Assembly: GCA_030704615.1 (NCBI GenBank)
Contig: CM060734.1
Location: forward strand, 34,224,001 to 34,288,000
Direction: 5' to 3'
Length of the DNA: 64,000 nucleotides
From: Takakia lepidozioides
Lineage: Eukaryota; Plantae; Bryophyta
The notes beneath the pieces are model-generated. The model had not been told where the DNA came from and searched no databases. It saw only the letters and a list, made by a program, of their open reading frames with translations. Of the stretch, positions 36,701 to 50,228 are shown piece by piece. The translations under genes were made by a program, and so were the position numbers. Every line of letters starts with the position of its first letter. Within the stretch, counting starts at the first letter, position 1.

Positions 36701-39700
36701 ATAGACCCCGCGGGCGGAACAGAAGAGAGCAGAAACTACCGTTGTGAGGGGCTCACTCCGATAGTGAGGAAGAGAAAGAGAGAATGTACTCATAAGACGT
36801 TGTTTGCCATAGCCTTGTGGCCATTGACCCCGCGCTCAGTTTGAGCGGAACACAAAGGGACAGAAACTACCTTGACTTACCTTGGAACAGACAATTAATC
36901 AGAGTTTTTCCAGATATCCTCCAGAAATCCCTTCACACCAGCATCAATCTGCTGTGTGTGGTTTGCCCAGTAACTAGGCCCCAAAAAGGCCTGGGCTTTT
37001 GGCTCGAGACTTTCAAAATTGGTAAACAGAGGTTCAGGCACCATTACCTTGATGGATTTGAAGAGGGCGTCTCTCTCATGAGAGTACCCAGGACAATGAA
37101 TCAGAAATGAATATTGTCTTCAGGGCAACAATGGGCCAGATTTTCCTCTCTGCATCTGTTTGCTGTTCAAAGGTAGGCTTCCTGCCCTGAGTTTAAATTT
37201 CAGTCTAGTTAAATTTCAGTCTAGTGCCGAGGGTGGGTCAGGTCATCCATGATGGCCTCCCATGTCACAGACTGGAAACAAGGGAAGTTTTCTGCCTAAC
37301 TTCCTTTTCAGCAGACAATTTCCTGGCAACAGACATGGCTTTGGACACTACAGCCTCTAGGTCAGATTTATCCAGCAGGGTCAAGACTTGCGGGCTTAGA
37401 TCCAGATCCTTCAGTCTTCCGCCAGGACTTAGCCTGTTTGACAGGGCGATCCTGCTTCCAAGATATGGAGTCGATTAACTTAGGATATCCGATATTAGAC
37501 ATATGTTGCAGCTGACCCCACCATCTGACCTTGAATTCATCTTGTCGGGAGCTTAAGGAAGGGATGCCAAACTCACCCCGAACAGCCACATTGGCTGTTT
37601 TGGAGCATGCTGACATGCACTCCTTAAGCACCCCCACTTGAATGGATTCTAGAGACTTAGCCTGGTTGGAGTTATCAACCAATACTGCAGATGCGTACTC
37701 CAAGGCAGGCCTAATAACGCGGGAAAGCATGGTTTTCTTTACTTCAGAGTTGATCCCTCTGCAGTGGATAAATTTAGTGAGCCTCTTCCCTCCCCTCGTT
37801 CATTGAATGCCACCACTGCGCATTTACTGACGTTAGCCTCTAGCCCCCAAAGGTCAAAGTATCTCTTTATGCAATCAATCAACTCCTGGAGATTGGAAGG
37901 AGTCTCCCCTATGCCTGCGAAGTCATTCGCAAACATAAGGGCTGGTATGGTGGCATCACCCACCCTTAACCCAAATCTCTCACTTTCCACATCCTCGAGG
38001 AGTTGATTGACGAAAACATTGAGGAGCAGAGGGGAGAGGGTCATCCTTGAGCTACACCTTGGTCTGTGTCAAAGAAGTTAGACTTCTATCCACTAACAGA
38101 GAGAGACAGAGAGAGAAAGAGACAGTACCTGCATCCGCTGTTTGATCACTTCACACGGCACATATACAACCGACCCCAGCGTATCTCCTAAACATACATC
38201 CCCGCAGAAACACCCCACTTCAGTTTCAAAGATCTTATCCCACATCTATCAAGTAACTGAAGTTCTACTCAAATTTACAAGCACCATTTGTCAAAGGGAG
38301 ATCTTTAACGACCACACAACAGAACTCTTACAAGTTCTGGTGGGGTGCAACTCTACAGCTCTAGCCAGCCCAGAGGCTCAAGGCTGAACTCGAGAGGATA
38401 TCCTTGGATAGAGGCCAGACAGTGCCAAAGTCTATGTGGAAGGTAAATTGACTGGAGTGTGTATTTGTAAAGGAAGAAGAGTGACTCAGGCTGCTTGTTT
38501 CCGAACCCAAGCAACACTTTTCAGCACACCATCAGCATGTACAGTCTCTAGTAGTACCAATTATCCCAGGACCCGCAATAATCGTTTCACAGAAGTCTTA
38601 TCAACCCAAAAGGCCAGTTAGTAGGCGATCCATGTCCGGTTGAAGAGGTTTCCCTCTGACATAGCCAAGTGCATGAACTGATGAACACATAGGTAGAGCA
38701 TACATGCCCTAACCACGCAGCTAGTGGATGATAAAAATCAGTCATTGCCATTTACCAGGTTGGGCATTACAATATCAGGATGAGTGGTGCTAATTGAGCT
38801 TCTAGCACAGCTTTCTGCCCTAAGGTGTATAGCATTATCTCCAGCCTGAACATGGCATATACACACCATCTGACAATTTCTGTATAGAGACACTGTTCTA
38901 CCTTCTTCATCAGCAAGCAGCTCTAAGACTGTCCTGACAGATAATTCGTAGCAGCCCTATTGTGGTTGTGGCAAAGGAGGTGGGAAGAGACTTACCAGTA
39001 GCCCCCGCCAAGAAATGGGCCCAGGGGCCAGCCAACTTTGGATGTTCCACCTCCAGCCAATCCTTGGTAGACTCAATGAAGCCAAAATAAGTGGCCCCCG
39101 TAACCATTGACCCTGTCAATCCTGGAACTACGCCCCTGTATAGACCTGCACAGATAGCAACCTTGTGAAGCTTAGCTATGCCACTTGAAGAGCACCAAAC
39201 TGACAATACCTTTCAGATTGTCCTGCAAAGTGAAAACTACTACCAGTCAAAACCCTTTTGGGTACAGTCCCCAAGAGACTAAAGCCCCCAAGTCTGTTCG
39301 TATGATATGAAGGTGAACTGCAGCCCAACATTGGCATAATTTTTCTGCCATAGACAGCTAATGACAATCCAGATACACCTTAATGAGTGGGGATTTAAGA
39401 GCTGGCGTAGAAGTAGTTACCTCGGACCCCATCCATGGCCACAATCGATTTGAGAGCATGGCCTATGTCACTTTGTCTCTGAAGAAACCCCCAACCCCAA
39501 TATAGAGCGATACACCTTCCAATGTTAATTCTGTATTCCATAGTACTTGGTTCTTAAGACAGATGACAAGAGGAAGGAAACAGTATTAGGGAAGCAATAA
39601 GAAAAAACAACAGCAGGTACCAATTACTTGTCTTTCACCTATTAGGAATTAGAAGGACAGAACTTTTTAAATCCCACAATACAGTGCAGGTGGGGCATTT

Positions 39701-41176
39701 CAGGCTGTCTTCCCCTAGGGCCCCTAGGTGCAAGGTTTCAGTAAAGGAAGGCATCACCAAGGCTGCAGGGACCCCATGATGTAGCCTCCACTACAGGCCC
39801 CCAGGGCCTCTGGACCCAAATCCCTGTTGTGTGACCACAATGACCGCACCACTGTTCTACCCAGCTCAAGACTTTTAAAATGAACAATTGAGCCACAATA
39901 TACAGTGAGTAACCTTGCTCATTATGGAATACATGTAGATATTAAAATACAACATAGATGCCAGTAGGAATATGATGTACCTGCAATGAGACACCAGATT
40001 GGCCACTCTGAATCCTAGTCTTGAGAGTGTCCACTGGATGCATCAGGGTCTCTCCACACCCACTCGCCAATGCACCCCATGCAAACTCTTTCCAAGCTGG
40101 CACAAACAGAAGCCAGGTTGGCAATGGCCCCAACCAAAATTGTGATTGTGAGCACTATCCTGCACTTTCTAGGTAAAAGACATGACAAGGCCATCACATC
40201 ACTATATCCCCCCATATCTTTAGACTCAATCGTACTTCACACAATATGCCTGTGACCCTAACCAGTAATGTTGTGAGTTAACTGATCTGGTGTTGATCTC
40301 TTTCCTCGTTTTTGATGTATAAGAAAATCTTAATTGCCTACAAAGCCGGAATGTCAAATTCACCTGCCTGAAGCTTGAATACTAAGGCTTTCCATGGGAC
40401 TGAAACAGAACACAGACCAGAATTGTCTAACCAATTGTACTAGTTGCATTCAAAATGCTACACCAGATTAACTTTTGGACAGACAGATGAGTAACTCACA
40501 AAACTTGAAATAAAGGGATCTTGAGACCAGGACTAAAGAAACTATATGCTGGGAGTCGAAGAAATATCATTAAACCAGGTGACATTTTATTTAAGTGCAG
40601 GGTAAAGCTGCAAACTTCAGGCTGATCACCAAAAATATGATATTTCATCGCCTGTGAAATTGATTCAGCAGCAGATACCCTCCTATGAAGAACGAAGGCT
40701 AAGATGCAGTGATAGTCTCTTCAGCGGAAGAGACTCAAAAGCAACAGTTATCATTGAGGATCATTTTTGGAGAGAGAGAGAGAGAGACAGTGTTGCTCTT
40801 CCACACTGATCCAAATAGATAAAACCCTTCCGCACGAAGGACAAACTAAGTATGCATTTATGATACTTTAACGGCATTTTACCAGTATCTGTTATTCGAA
40901 CATATATAAGCAAAAACTTCCGGCATGGAGCACCGAGATGAGTGCAAGTTTAGGACTGAGCGTCAAGGGGGACCGGAGTGAAAGAGGAAGCTAATATAAG
41001 GGAGGGCCAAGGGACATACAAAAGAAGCCAGCCATGTGAGACTGGAGCCAAGGGCTCCTGACTCCTTCCTCCACCATTAACCAGACACTTTCTTCTGACA
41101 GGTAGCTGTTGCAAAGCTTAAACAAACTCCTAAAACCCTAACTCAAACCCGTCTCGGTTGGCGCCTCCTTCGCCAT
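33766..41176 (-). CDS. Mitochondrial substrate carrier (SLC25/MCF) protein, 10 exons
   Basis: Phase-consistent GT-AG exons 41176-41149 (least certain), 40096-39981, 39478-39421, 39145-38996, 38187-38129, 36302-36160, 35812-35767, 35177-35033, 34599-34527, 34072-33766; three carrier signatures PVDTLKTR, PCEVIKQR, PMDVVKTR. Confidence 0.92.
36782..38100 (-). mobile_element. 5'-truncated, decayed LINE in intron 5 of the carrier gene
   Basis: RT fragments LSPLLLNVFVNQLL, LMFANDF, RPALEYAS; 3' end ...AACGTCTTATGAGTACATTCTCT; AGAGAAAGAGA-like flanks; a second short 3'-end copy at ~36658-36740. Confidence 0.85.
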
Positions 41177-42471
41177 CTACGCCTTGTCCTGGACTTCTAC
41201 TTTCTTGCGCATTTAAAAGTAGGCATTGAAGCTTCAATGTGTTACACTAGAAGTGTAGCCGTCGCCACTAAGCCCTAGTTTGTCGGGATTGACAGGCGCT
41301 TTTTCAATTTGTCCTTCTCCTTATATAGAGGTGAATCGCACCAGTCCGTTGCAGGCCACCCCCTCTACTCCGCACCTGTGTCTATCTATCTGTCCTCCAT
41401 GAACCCTCGTTGTTCAGATCGTCAAAAAATATGAAACTACACCAAAGTCTTCTCCCGCAAAATAAACCTTCGTCGGTCACCAGGGCAACGTAAACCTTGA
41501 ATAAGATTGATACTTCAAGGAGGCTCTGCGACACGCGAATTCGAATTAGCTGAAATAAACAGCTCTGCTACAGAAAGCGAGGCCAGAGAGCGACAACTTA
41601 GTCCTCGTTACTTTCTCTCACTGATTCTGCAATTTGAAGCGCCCTACCGACCGAATTTTTGCACTGAAATCCCGCCGAAATCACTTTTTGCACACCATTC
41701 CCAGGAATTTAGGAGACCAAGACAGGCAGTATGAAGCGAGAGCAACAGGCGCAAACACGAAGGAAGAGAAGTGGGACCAGAGCTATGGCGGCAGACTTGT
41801 GTGTGAGGAGCGGGAGTCCGGAGGCTGAGAAAATGCCTTTAATCACTAAACTAACAGACCCTCATTAAGTTAGGGCAACCCTAGGGTTACTTTGAGGGAA
41901 ATTTGCTGAACGAAGCCTGGATGAATAAGGATCCGTTTGCAATTGTGGATGGACGACTGTTCTCACGCTTACACTTGGCACCAGTTGAATAGCTAAGGAT
42001 ACAAAAGTGTGAAAATAACTATGTGGGGTCCCACGTGGCTAGAGGACATTGGTAGTATGGAGACAGCCAGGTGGCCCTATGGTTCCCGCGTCGATTTAGG
42101 GTTGGAAGATTGTGGACAGGGGCATATTCGGGGGTACTTAGTGAAGAGGAGGAGAGCTTAGTCAGCAAAGGGAGAGTGGAGGGAGGCTACGTGGGGGTGC
42201 GTAACAGTTCCAGAAGCTATTTGTCAGTGTGTCTCACGGACACCTTCCAGGCAACCAGCTCCACTTTGACTCACAATTTGCATGCAGCACTGCTCAGTCT
42301 TTGCCAAATAAAGCGCTTCCATAGTCGTGAGGCCTTGCAATTTCATTAGCCCCGTGGGCTTGGAGAGATCCAGATAGGCGACAAGTCACGTGCAAGGGAA
42401 CGAGTGAAGAAGTTAATGAGTGAAGAAGTTTGTTGTGAATTTGTCTGTGTTGCTTGGGAGCTTGGTTGAAA

Positions 42472-42512
42472 GGAGAGAGAGAGAGAGAGAGGGAGAGAGA
42501 GAGAGAGAGAGA
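42472..42512. repeat. (GA)n microsatellite in the LDH 5' region
   Basis: Interrupted GA run of about 20 units. Confidence 0.85.
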
Positions 42513-43041
42513 CTGGGTGGATCAAGTCACATTTCACTTTTTTATGTTTTGGTGCTCTGGAAGAACTCGGTGCTGAGTTGGAGAGCGGGAGGAGCTTGCC
42601 AATAGGAGCGTTCAAAGTCCAGTTCAAAGTCCAGGTCGGTATGCAAGTCTGTGAGAGGTAGAGGCAAGAGTCGGTCGTTGCTTGCATTGTTCATAGGCTT
42701 CAGCAGTGATCAGCTCAGCTGCATCAAGGCTTAAGCCCAGCAGAGAATCTTTGGGAAGGAGCTTTTGGGGTTGCTTCTCAAAGCGGTGGAGTGATCAACC
42801 CATCGTGGGTTTTGTTTCCTGGGTTCTGCTTTGAAATATGAGTTTCCCGATTGCAGAGACAATTCAGAAATTCCGCAACACTTGTCCGACGCACGGGAGA
42901 CTTCAGACAATCAGCGTCGCTTGGCCGATGCATTTGTTCCTGGCGCCGGCAGTCAATGTGCACGTTCCTCCTTCAATATCAAGACTTCCAAAAACTTTCC
43001 TGGGTCAACCTTGTGCCTTGATTCTGAACGTGCATTCCCTC

Positions 43042-44415
43042 ATGACAAACAAGCAGAAGATTGTGTTCGACTGGCGCGCCGAAGCGACAGATACCCAATC
43101 CGAATCGGCTATCAAAGTGGCAGAGAATATAGCCAATGCCCTGTTCCTACCAATTCCTGGATCGGGTCCTGCCTACAAGGTGAAGAGGACTTCAAAAATC
43201 ACAGTGGTAGGTGTTGGAAATGTGGGCATGGCCTGCGCGCAGACGATCTTAACGCAAGACCTGACTGACGAGCTTGCTTTGGTGGATGTTGTACCTGAGA
43301 AACTGAGGGGGGAGATGCTTGATCTCCAGCACGCGGCCTCCTTTCTTCCAAGGGCTAAAATTTCAGCGAACACAGATTACAAGGTATCCGAGGGATCGGA
43401 CGTCTGCATTGTAACAGCCGGAGCTAGGCAGAGAGACGGAGAGTCGCGGCTCGATCTTGTGGAGAGAAACGTCGCTGTTTTCAAGCAGATAATACCACAG
43501 TTGGTGAAGTACAGCCCCGACACAATTCTTCTGATAATTTCAAACCCAGTTGATAGTTTGACATATCTTTCGTGGAAACTCTCAGGCCTTCCTCCCAATC
43601 GAGTCATAGGCAGCGGGACGAACCTCGACACCTCGAGGTTTCGGTGGCTGATTGCAGATCATTTGGATGTGAACGCTCAAAATGTGCACGGCTACATCAT
43701 TGGCGAGCATGGTGACAGTTCAGTTCCTCTATGGTCTACTCTCAGTGTGGGGGGCGTGCCACTCATACGATTCTTGGATCATAAGGGCATTCAGTACAAC
43801 GAGGAGACACGGGAAGAGTTACACAGGTACGAGTTGTTTGGTTCTCCCTTTTCGCTCCTTCCTCTAGATATGAGTGTCTAAGGCAGATGAGTTCCTTGTC
43901 GGAAGTTCTCACGGAGCTTTGAGCTGGGCTTTTTCTTTCTCTGATTTCTCAGTATGGAATGCTTTAATTCCTCTTCCCTCTGGGCCTCCTGTGGATGATT
44001 TGAAATTTGCTAAGTTGGCACTCTCTTTGTCTAGTTATATTGTGGGTCTCTTGGCCGGTTTTTTGTGAGTGCAGTGCAAGCTGATGGTTTGGAACTGAAT
44101 AAACATTGCAGGATGGTAGTGGATGGGGCCTATGAAGTGATAAAACTGAAGGGCTATACATCCTGGGCTGTCGGGTATGCGGTTGCTAGCCTCGTGAAGA
44201 GTTTGTTGCGAGACCAGAGACGGATTCATCCTGTATCTGTTTTGGCCAAGGGATTTCATGGCATTGAAGAAAATGTCTTTCTGAGTCTACCTGCAGAGCT
44301 GGGCCGGTCAGGAATACAGGGGGTCCTCGATACCCCCCTCTCAAGTCAAGAGAGAGAGAAGCTCCTGCACTCGGCCAAAGTTCTGCATGATATCCAGTCC
44401 AAATTGGGTATCTGA
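43042..44415 (+). CDS. LDH: L-lactate dehydrogenase, 2 coding exons (43042-43826, 44112-44415); start codon uncertain
   Basis: [11 protein letters not shown] Rossmann motif, TAGARQ substrate loop, [29 protein letters not shown]; intron CAG|GTAC...TTGCAG|G keeps frame. Confidence 0.95.
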
Positions 44416-45709
44416 AACTCTCTTACCAGCAGGAACTGACAGTGACAGAGGGAGACAAAGCATTGTTCTTTGGCAATGGCTAGCAGGTCATGTGTATCTT
44501 CCGAGAGGAGACTAGCAAGGCCCAATAATCGTCAATACATCTGAAGATATCCTGGAAAGAGGAATCCATGTCGAGATTATCAAGCACAGGCTCTTAAGCA
44601 TGGGTTACAAATGCTTGTGCTTGGAAGCTGGATTTTCATGTCAACAGCTCCACCAAGCAGGTGAACTGTAGATTGCAGAGGAACTTGGAGTTGAAATAGG
44701 GACGACATGTTTTGCCCACTGTAAATTGTATGTTACTCAGCAAGGAAGAAAGAGACAGGATATATAACCCAGCTGCACGCATAGTATTCAGCGCTGGTGA
44801 AACAATATGAAGTTTGAGCTAAGCAACCCCCTTTACAACCGCCTTGGAAAACCTTCACATGATACTCCGCTCCAAGCTCTTCCGAGCACACTACTTCCAC
44901 CGATCTAGATGGTGACGGACAGAGGACAGGAGAATCTTCAACTTTACCTTACCCTTAGCAAAGTTGACGTTCATGTGTGGTACAGGGTGTTCTCCAGAAG
45001 AGGGCAGTGTTTTCAGTCACTGGAAGTTTTGTGTAATCAAATTGTTTGCATGCTTGGAGAGATCATCAATATTTGAATCAAAATGTGCCTACCTAGAGAC
45101 TTGGACAAAGTAATTTTTGATATCACAACATTGGCAGTCAAACCATACAGGATGCTAATAAAAGCACTTCGGATTAATAATTCCATACTATGGCAGCTTC
45201 TCCAAAAACCGACACAAGGCAAACATTGCTTGGGTGTTATGTGGAAAAGAGAGATGAGAACTATACATTACAACAAGTGTAGGTGCCCAAACTTGCATCT
45301 TCTCCTCACTATTTTGGCCAAATGATTCTGCAGCTTCCCAGAGGAGTAGTCTATCCCTAGGCAGCATGCATCATACATTCAAGGATGTTCTGCCCATGTG
45401 TTGAGCTTGCCTTGGGTGGGAAGGTCAACTTGTAGGAAATTCTTTGAAGTATTGATGTTTGAAGAGCTGCTTCACATCTCAATCTGATGTAAACTTGGGT
45501 TGCAGTCTGAAAATTATCGGCCCAATTCATCAAGAACCACTTCCCGATACATTGAAGTCAAATGCATTGACAGAGATCTAACTGGACCCAAATGCCTACC
45601 TTTAACACTTTCCAAAACGCATAGGTGCGACCTACTGGGTAAAATGTAGCTTGAGATTGGCAGGTGCAGAATGTGGTTTATTACAAACCCGCCTCGCATG
45701 GTAAGGGCA

Positions 45710-45867
45710 ACCATTACGTCCCAGAAGACCACTGGACATCCCGTCAACGCTAATTATCATCATTATCAGTGTACCTCATTATTGGCCCACCATTACGTCC
45801 CAGAAGACCACTGGACATCCCGTCAACGCTAATTATCATCATTATCAGTGTAACTCATTATTGGCCC
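45710..45867. repeat. Tandem 79-bp duplication covering the stop codon and 3'-UTR of the IMP-like gene
   Basis: ACCATTACGTCCCAGAAGACC...CATTATTGGCCC at 45710 and 45789. Confidence 0.9.
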
Positions 45868-48201
45868 GTCATCTCATCAACGTCAAGCTCAACAGCCAAA
45901 ACAGGAGAGTCGTCGTGCATAGCCTCTTCACTGAAAGCAGACAGGAACATCAGCTTAGGTGGAGCTAGAGTCTGAAGAAGCCCATACAATCCGTGCCCTT
46001 TGTGTCATTGGAAACCAGGGCCCTCTCACCACTAGTAGGAAGCCATTCGAGATATATATCTCTTTGCCACTACTCATATTGCATCCCTGTGACCACTGGC
46101 CTAGTTGGAAATAGCTCTCCAGCATGAGTGACCCTCTGCACAGAACTGCACTCCTTCTCTCACAGCCAAAAATCCTGTTGCAACATTGAGCTATGTGAAT
46201 GACACCAAGAGAAAGAGACAGCAGGGTTTTCCATTCCTCACCTGTTTTGGACAAAGCCATGTTCACGCGGTGAGCGACTGCAATAAATAGCTCGCCCCTC
46301 AATATTGTTCAACGGTAAGGGCCCAAAGGTCCTGCTGTCTGCAGCGTCCTGCAATTCCCACATAGACATAACACCACCAATAATGTGCCTTGATCTATGG
46401 AAGAGGAGCTCACAGTCACCTTGAGGGCAGACAGGTGATTACTGGCGTGGTGCCAACCTGGTTATGTTGCATAAGATAAAAGTACTTCCAGGAAGTTCAA
46501 CCTAAATAGATATTTTGACCTCTGACTACCATCCTACCAGCGAAATTGAGCTGCACTATGGGTCACCTTCAAACAAATCTGTATAGATCACCTACGATCA
46601 CCTTTTTTGTGGGTGGACAACTCTCACATACCGTCATGACAATAGACTCCATGTTCGTCATGCAACCTGTGCGTCATGATGGGAACAAGAGTACAAAATG
46701 TGCGGCCCTCATGGGCAGTAGTTGCACCACCCTCATCCACTTAAAAAGGCCAAGTCTCTAAAGATGGAGGAGATACAGATGAGAGAGGGACTGAAGACGT
46801 ACTGTATTGAAAAAGCATTTACCAAGAGAAGTCCCACTACAGGAGTGAGCCTTGTGGCCCCCCAGTTTGATCTCATGGTCCCCCTCCCCCACTTCCCTGC
46901 TGTTCTGCTTCACTCACACAGGGGACAGGGAGACGTCCACAAAGCTACAGCATGCAAGAACATCATCACTCTCAAACCTTATGTCAATAGATGAGCTGGG
47001 ACCTACAAGGCTCATCGCCTTACCGGTACCTTGGGACTTAATGAATCATTGTCACAAAGCACCCAGCAAGTCCCTGCATCAAGCCGAAATGGCTCATCGT
47101 TATCATTCGTAGACAACATCTCCGCTCCTTCCAAAGCTGCAACCCGTCGCACCAACTTCCTTCCTGGGTTCTCTGGATCCTTCAACATCACTACGTCCCC
47201 CACAAATACCGACCTGTACAAAAAAAAATTCAGTTATTAGAAGATAATTGGCAGTGGCTCAAGTGCTTTCCCCTTGTTTGATATTTCACTGTGTGGCACT
47301 CAATGTAGTACATGTCTGGTAAGGCATCTTGCGAGGAAAATTTTAGCTTGTACTGATAAGTGAAAAGCAGTGGATTGCATGAATATCACTCGCAAAAGAA
47401 GAGATGGTCTACCTTGTGCTAGGCCTTGGAAGCAATCGAATGAGCAAAGTCTCCCCCTGACTAGCAAATGTGGGAATCATCTCCTCACCTTTGATGAGAC
47501 ATTTGAATGTAAGGCGACCTTGTAGTATATTTTTCATAACATGGTCATAGACTTCCTTCTCCTTGATGTCACCCAACTCATAGCTCTGTATTCATTACCC
47601 CAATTGGGACAAAGACCATCAGTCTGTGGATCAATGAGGGGAACCCAAGAGAGATTGTACTCATAAGACGTTGTTTGCCGTAGCCTTGTGGCCATTGACC
47701 CCGCGCCCAGTTTGAGCGGGAAACCGAGAGAGAGACATAAAGAAAGAAAGAGGATAACCTTGACCTCCCTTCATAAGTTGTGTTGGCATAAATCCTGTTT
47801 CTGGAGCCTGCTTGCCAGAGAAAAAGTCACAAAGACACCAAAATGAAAGAAGTGAACTGAAGGAAAGGCATCAAAAACATATCTCCAAAAGGCTGCAGCT
47901 AAAAGGATAAGGGCTTTTTGACCATATCATGTGCACGGTCTGTTTGGAAACTCCCCGGAGACCATCTATAGGTTATTCGTGTGAAACTCAGCTTGGCAAT
48001 GCCATACCCTTAGTAAGCAGCCAACAGCATTCGGACTATGACCGTTCACTGGAGGACTGACCTCGGCATCTTCCATGCTAGTCACGTTCTCTGAGGAAAA
48101 GGCAGGACAGAAGGGTGGCAAGAACAAACCCGTATGCTTTGGGCGATCGAAGCCCTTAACTTCGTTAGCAAGTATCGAGCCCAAGTCACTGGAGACCCCA
48201 T
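45858..48201 (-). CDS. Peptidase S26 / mitochondrial inner membrane protease-like protein, 5 exons
   Basis: Phase-consistent exons 48201-48130, 47585-47413, 47213-47030, 46348-46242, 45930-45858; GDVVMLKDP, LVRRVAALEG, CWVLCDN, DSRTFGP, C-terminal SPVLAVELDVDEM. Confidence 0.9.
47655..47722 (-). mobile_element. Short 3'-end copy of the LINE family in intron 1 of the IMP-like gene
   Basis: GTACTCATAAGACGTTGTTTGCCGTAGCCTTGTGGCCATTGACCCCGCGCCCAGTTTGAGCGG, nearly identical to the LINE 3' end at ~54434. Confidence 0.85.
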
Positions 48202-50228
48202 TTTCACTCCTCGCTCCCAACAGAATCTCAGAGCTCTGCACCGCGCATCTCCCTTACGATTTAATCCCAGCCGATTCTTCCATCACAGCTGGACACCTTA
48301 AACCCACACTCCGTTCCCCTATCCCAATGCTAGAGCTGAGGTTGGAATATCTAATTAGAAACGAGAACGAGAATTATGCTTGCAGTTCAAACGTTCAAAC
48401 TTCGCTCTTCGTCATCGAGGTTCGAGACTACAAATCATCAAACCCTAGTTTCGGAGACGCACCAGAAAGATTCTGAGACTATGGAATCCACAGAATCAAG
48501 AAATTGGCCGCAGAATAATAGCTCAAGAAGTTCTCTTCAGATTGTGAGACACGCCCTCAATCCCATGGCCGAGGTACACATTAAGGTTTTCATTGCCACA
48601 AGAGAAACCAAGGACGCTTGCATGGAAAGATCGTTGGAATTGCCTTGTGGCATCCACACACGAGAAGACTACTCCATGAAGTCAATAGCAAAGAAACAAC
48701 ACAAGAGAGAAAGAGAGAGATACAAACATAAAATGAGAGAGACGAAGAGAAATGAGGTGAACATGAACAGTGCTCGAGTGACTTGGTTTAAATAAGTTGT
48801 TCAACTTCGTTAATAAACAAACGAATTGTGTCGATGGCCGCCATCCACAGAGTCGGATGCTCACTTACAGCGTTGGTGGGAGACCTTCCCAAGTGGTCAT
48901 GCCCTTTGGGCATCTACCCAAGAACCGTGGGGGCTCCCATCACCACGGGCGCAGACTTGATTCGTCAGACTTTGCAGATTTACGGTGAAATTTTTTACAA
49001 GTTTGCATGGGCAGAAGGGACTATCTTCCTCACCCTCGCAAAGATAGTTAGACTTTGTCTGTGTGATTGATCCCCTTACTTCCTGGTGCCCCTAGTGAGA
49101 CTGCAAAGTGTGAATGCCACAGGGCTGGCATGCTTACTTGTTCGGTTCTGTTTGTGGGCAGAGTTGTCAATACTAATCTGCTGGTTCAGATGATCACTTG
49201 CCGCACCACATTTCCCAGCACTTGGTCACGTCACTCACTCTGTGATCCGTTTGTCTTACGGTTGGTAGATCTTCACAAGATCGCAGTGATTTTCTTGGGA
49301 GGTGGTTTTTTTTAAACAATGATTCCCAGCTTCCATTCAATGAGAGAAACCTAGGTCTGTAACGGATTCGTGTATTCGGAACAGAAGCGAAGCAGCATGG
49401 CATGGCACATAAGATTGTGTAGCAGTCACGCAACACATGACATCCTCAGCAATGCAGACATGACTGCAGACATGCAATAGGACTACATCGAATTTGCAAT
49501 TGCAGTACGTCATAGTATGTGAATACGGTAACGATGCTGGTCTTTTCAAACTTGGAACGAAGGCATAGAGAAGCTCGAGTGACAGGGAAGTTAGAGAATC
49601 TTTGGGGTTTCTCTTCCCACAAAGGCGAAGTATGAATCGAATCATCAAGATTTATGTGGGACAAGTTTGCTGCCACAACACCATCTTATGACCACTCCAG
49701 TCTTCCACATTTATGAAGGCTACCCACAACTGAGTCATAAGGTTTACGAGCAACAGGATGTGATTGTCCGTGGATCTCAAGGCGATTACATCAACGCTCC
49801 ATCATCGGTGATACTCCACGGACAACATGGATGGAAGAACGGACAAGAATGTACGTGTCCAGATAGAAAGACAAACATTACTCTGCCCGAACTGATTCCT
49901 GAGGTGATTGCATAAAAAAAGATAAAGTCCCTTGATATATTCTGATCTTGCGTGTTGTCCGAAACTCACACCATCCCAAAACAGGCGGTGCAATGAGCAA
50001 ATTACACGACGATCCATGCAAGAATCTTGAGCTTCCAAAAGGCAGGGCTACAGTGCATGGATGCGTCTTGTTTGTGTTGTGCATTGAACACGTGGAAGTG
50101 TTAAATGGAGGCTGGTGAGACTCTTGTTTTTCCACAGATTCTCTCGATTTGAAGTTGGATGCCAGGGATAGTAGATCTGGGCATGCTCGGCTTGCTTTCC
50201 TTTACATGCAATCAATTTGAGGCAAATT

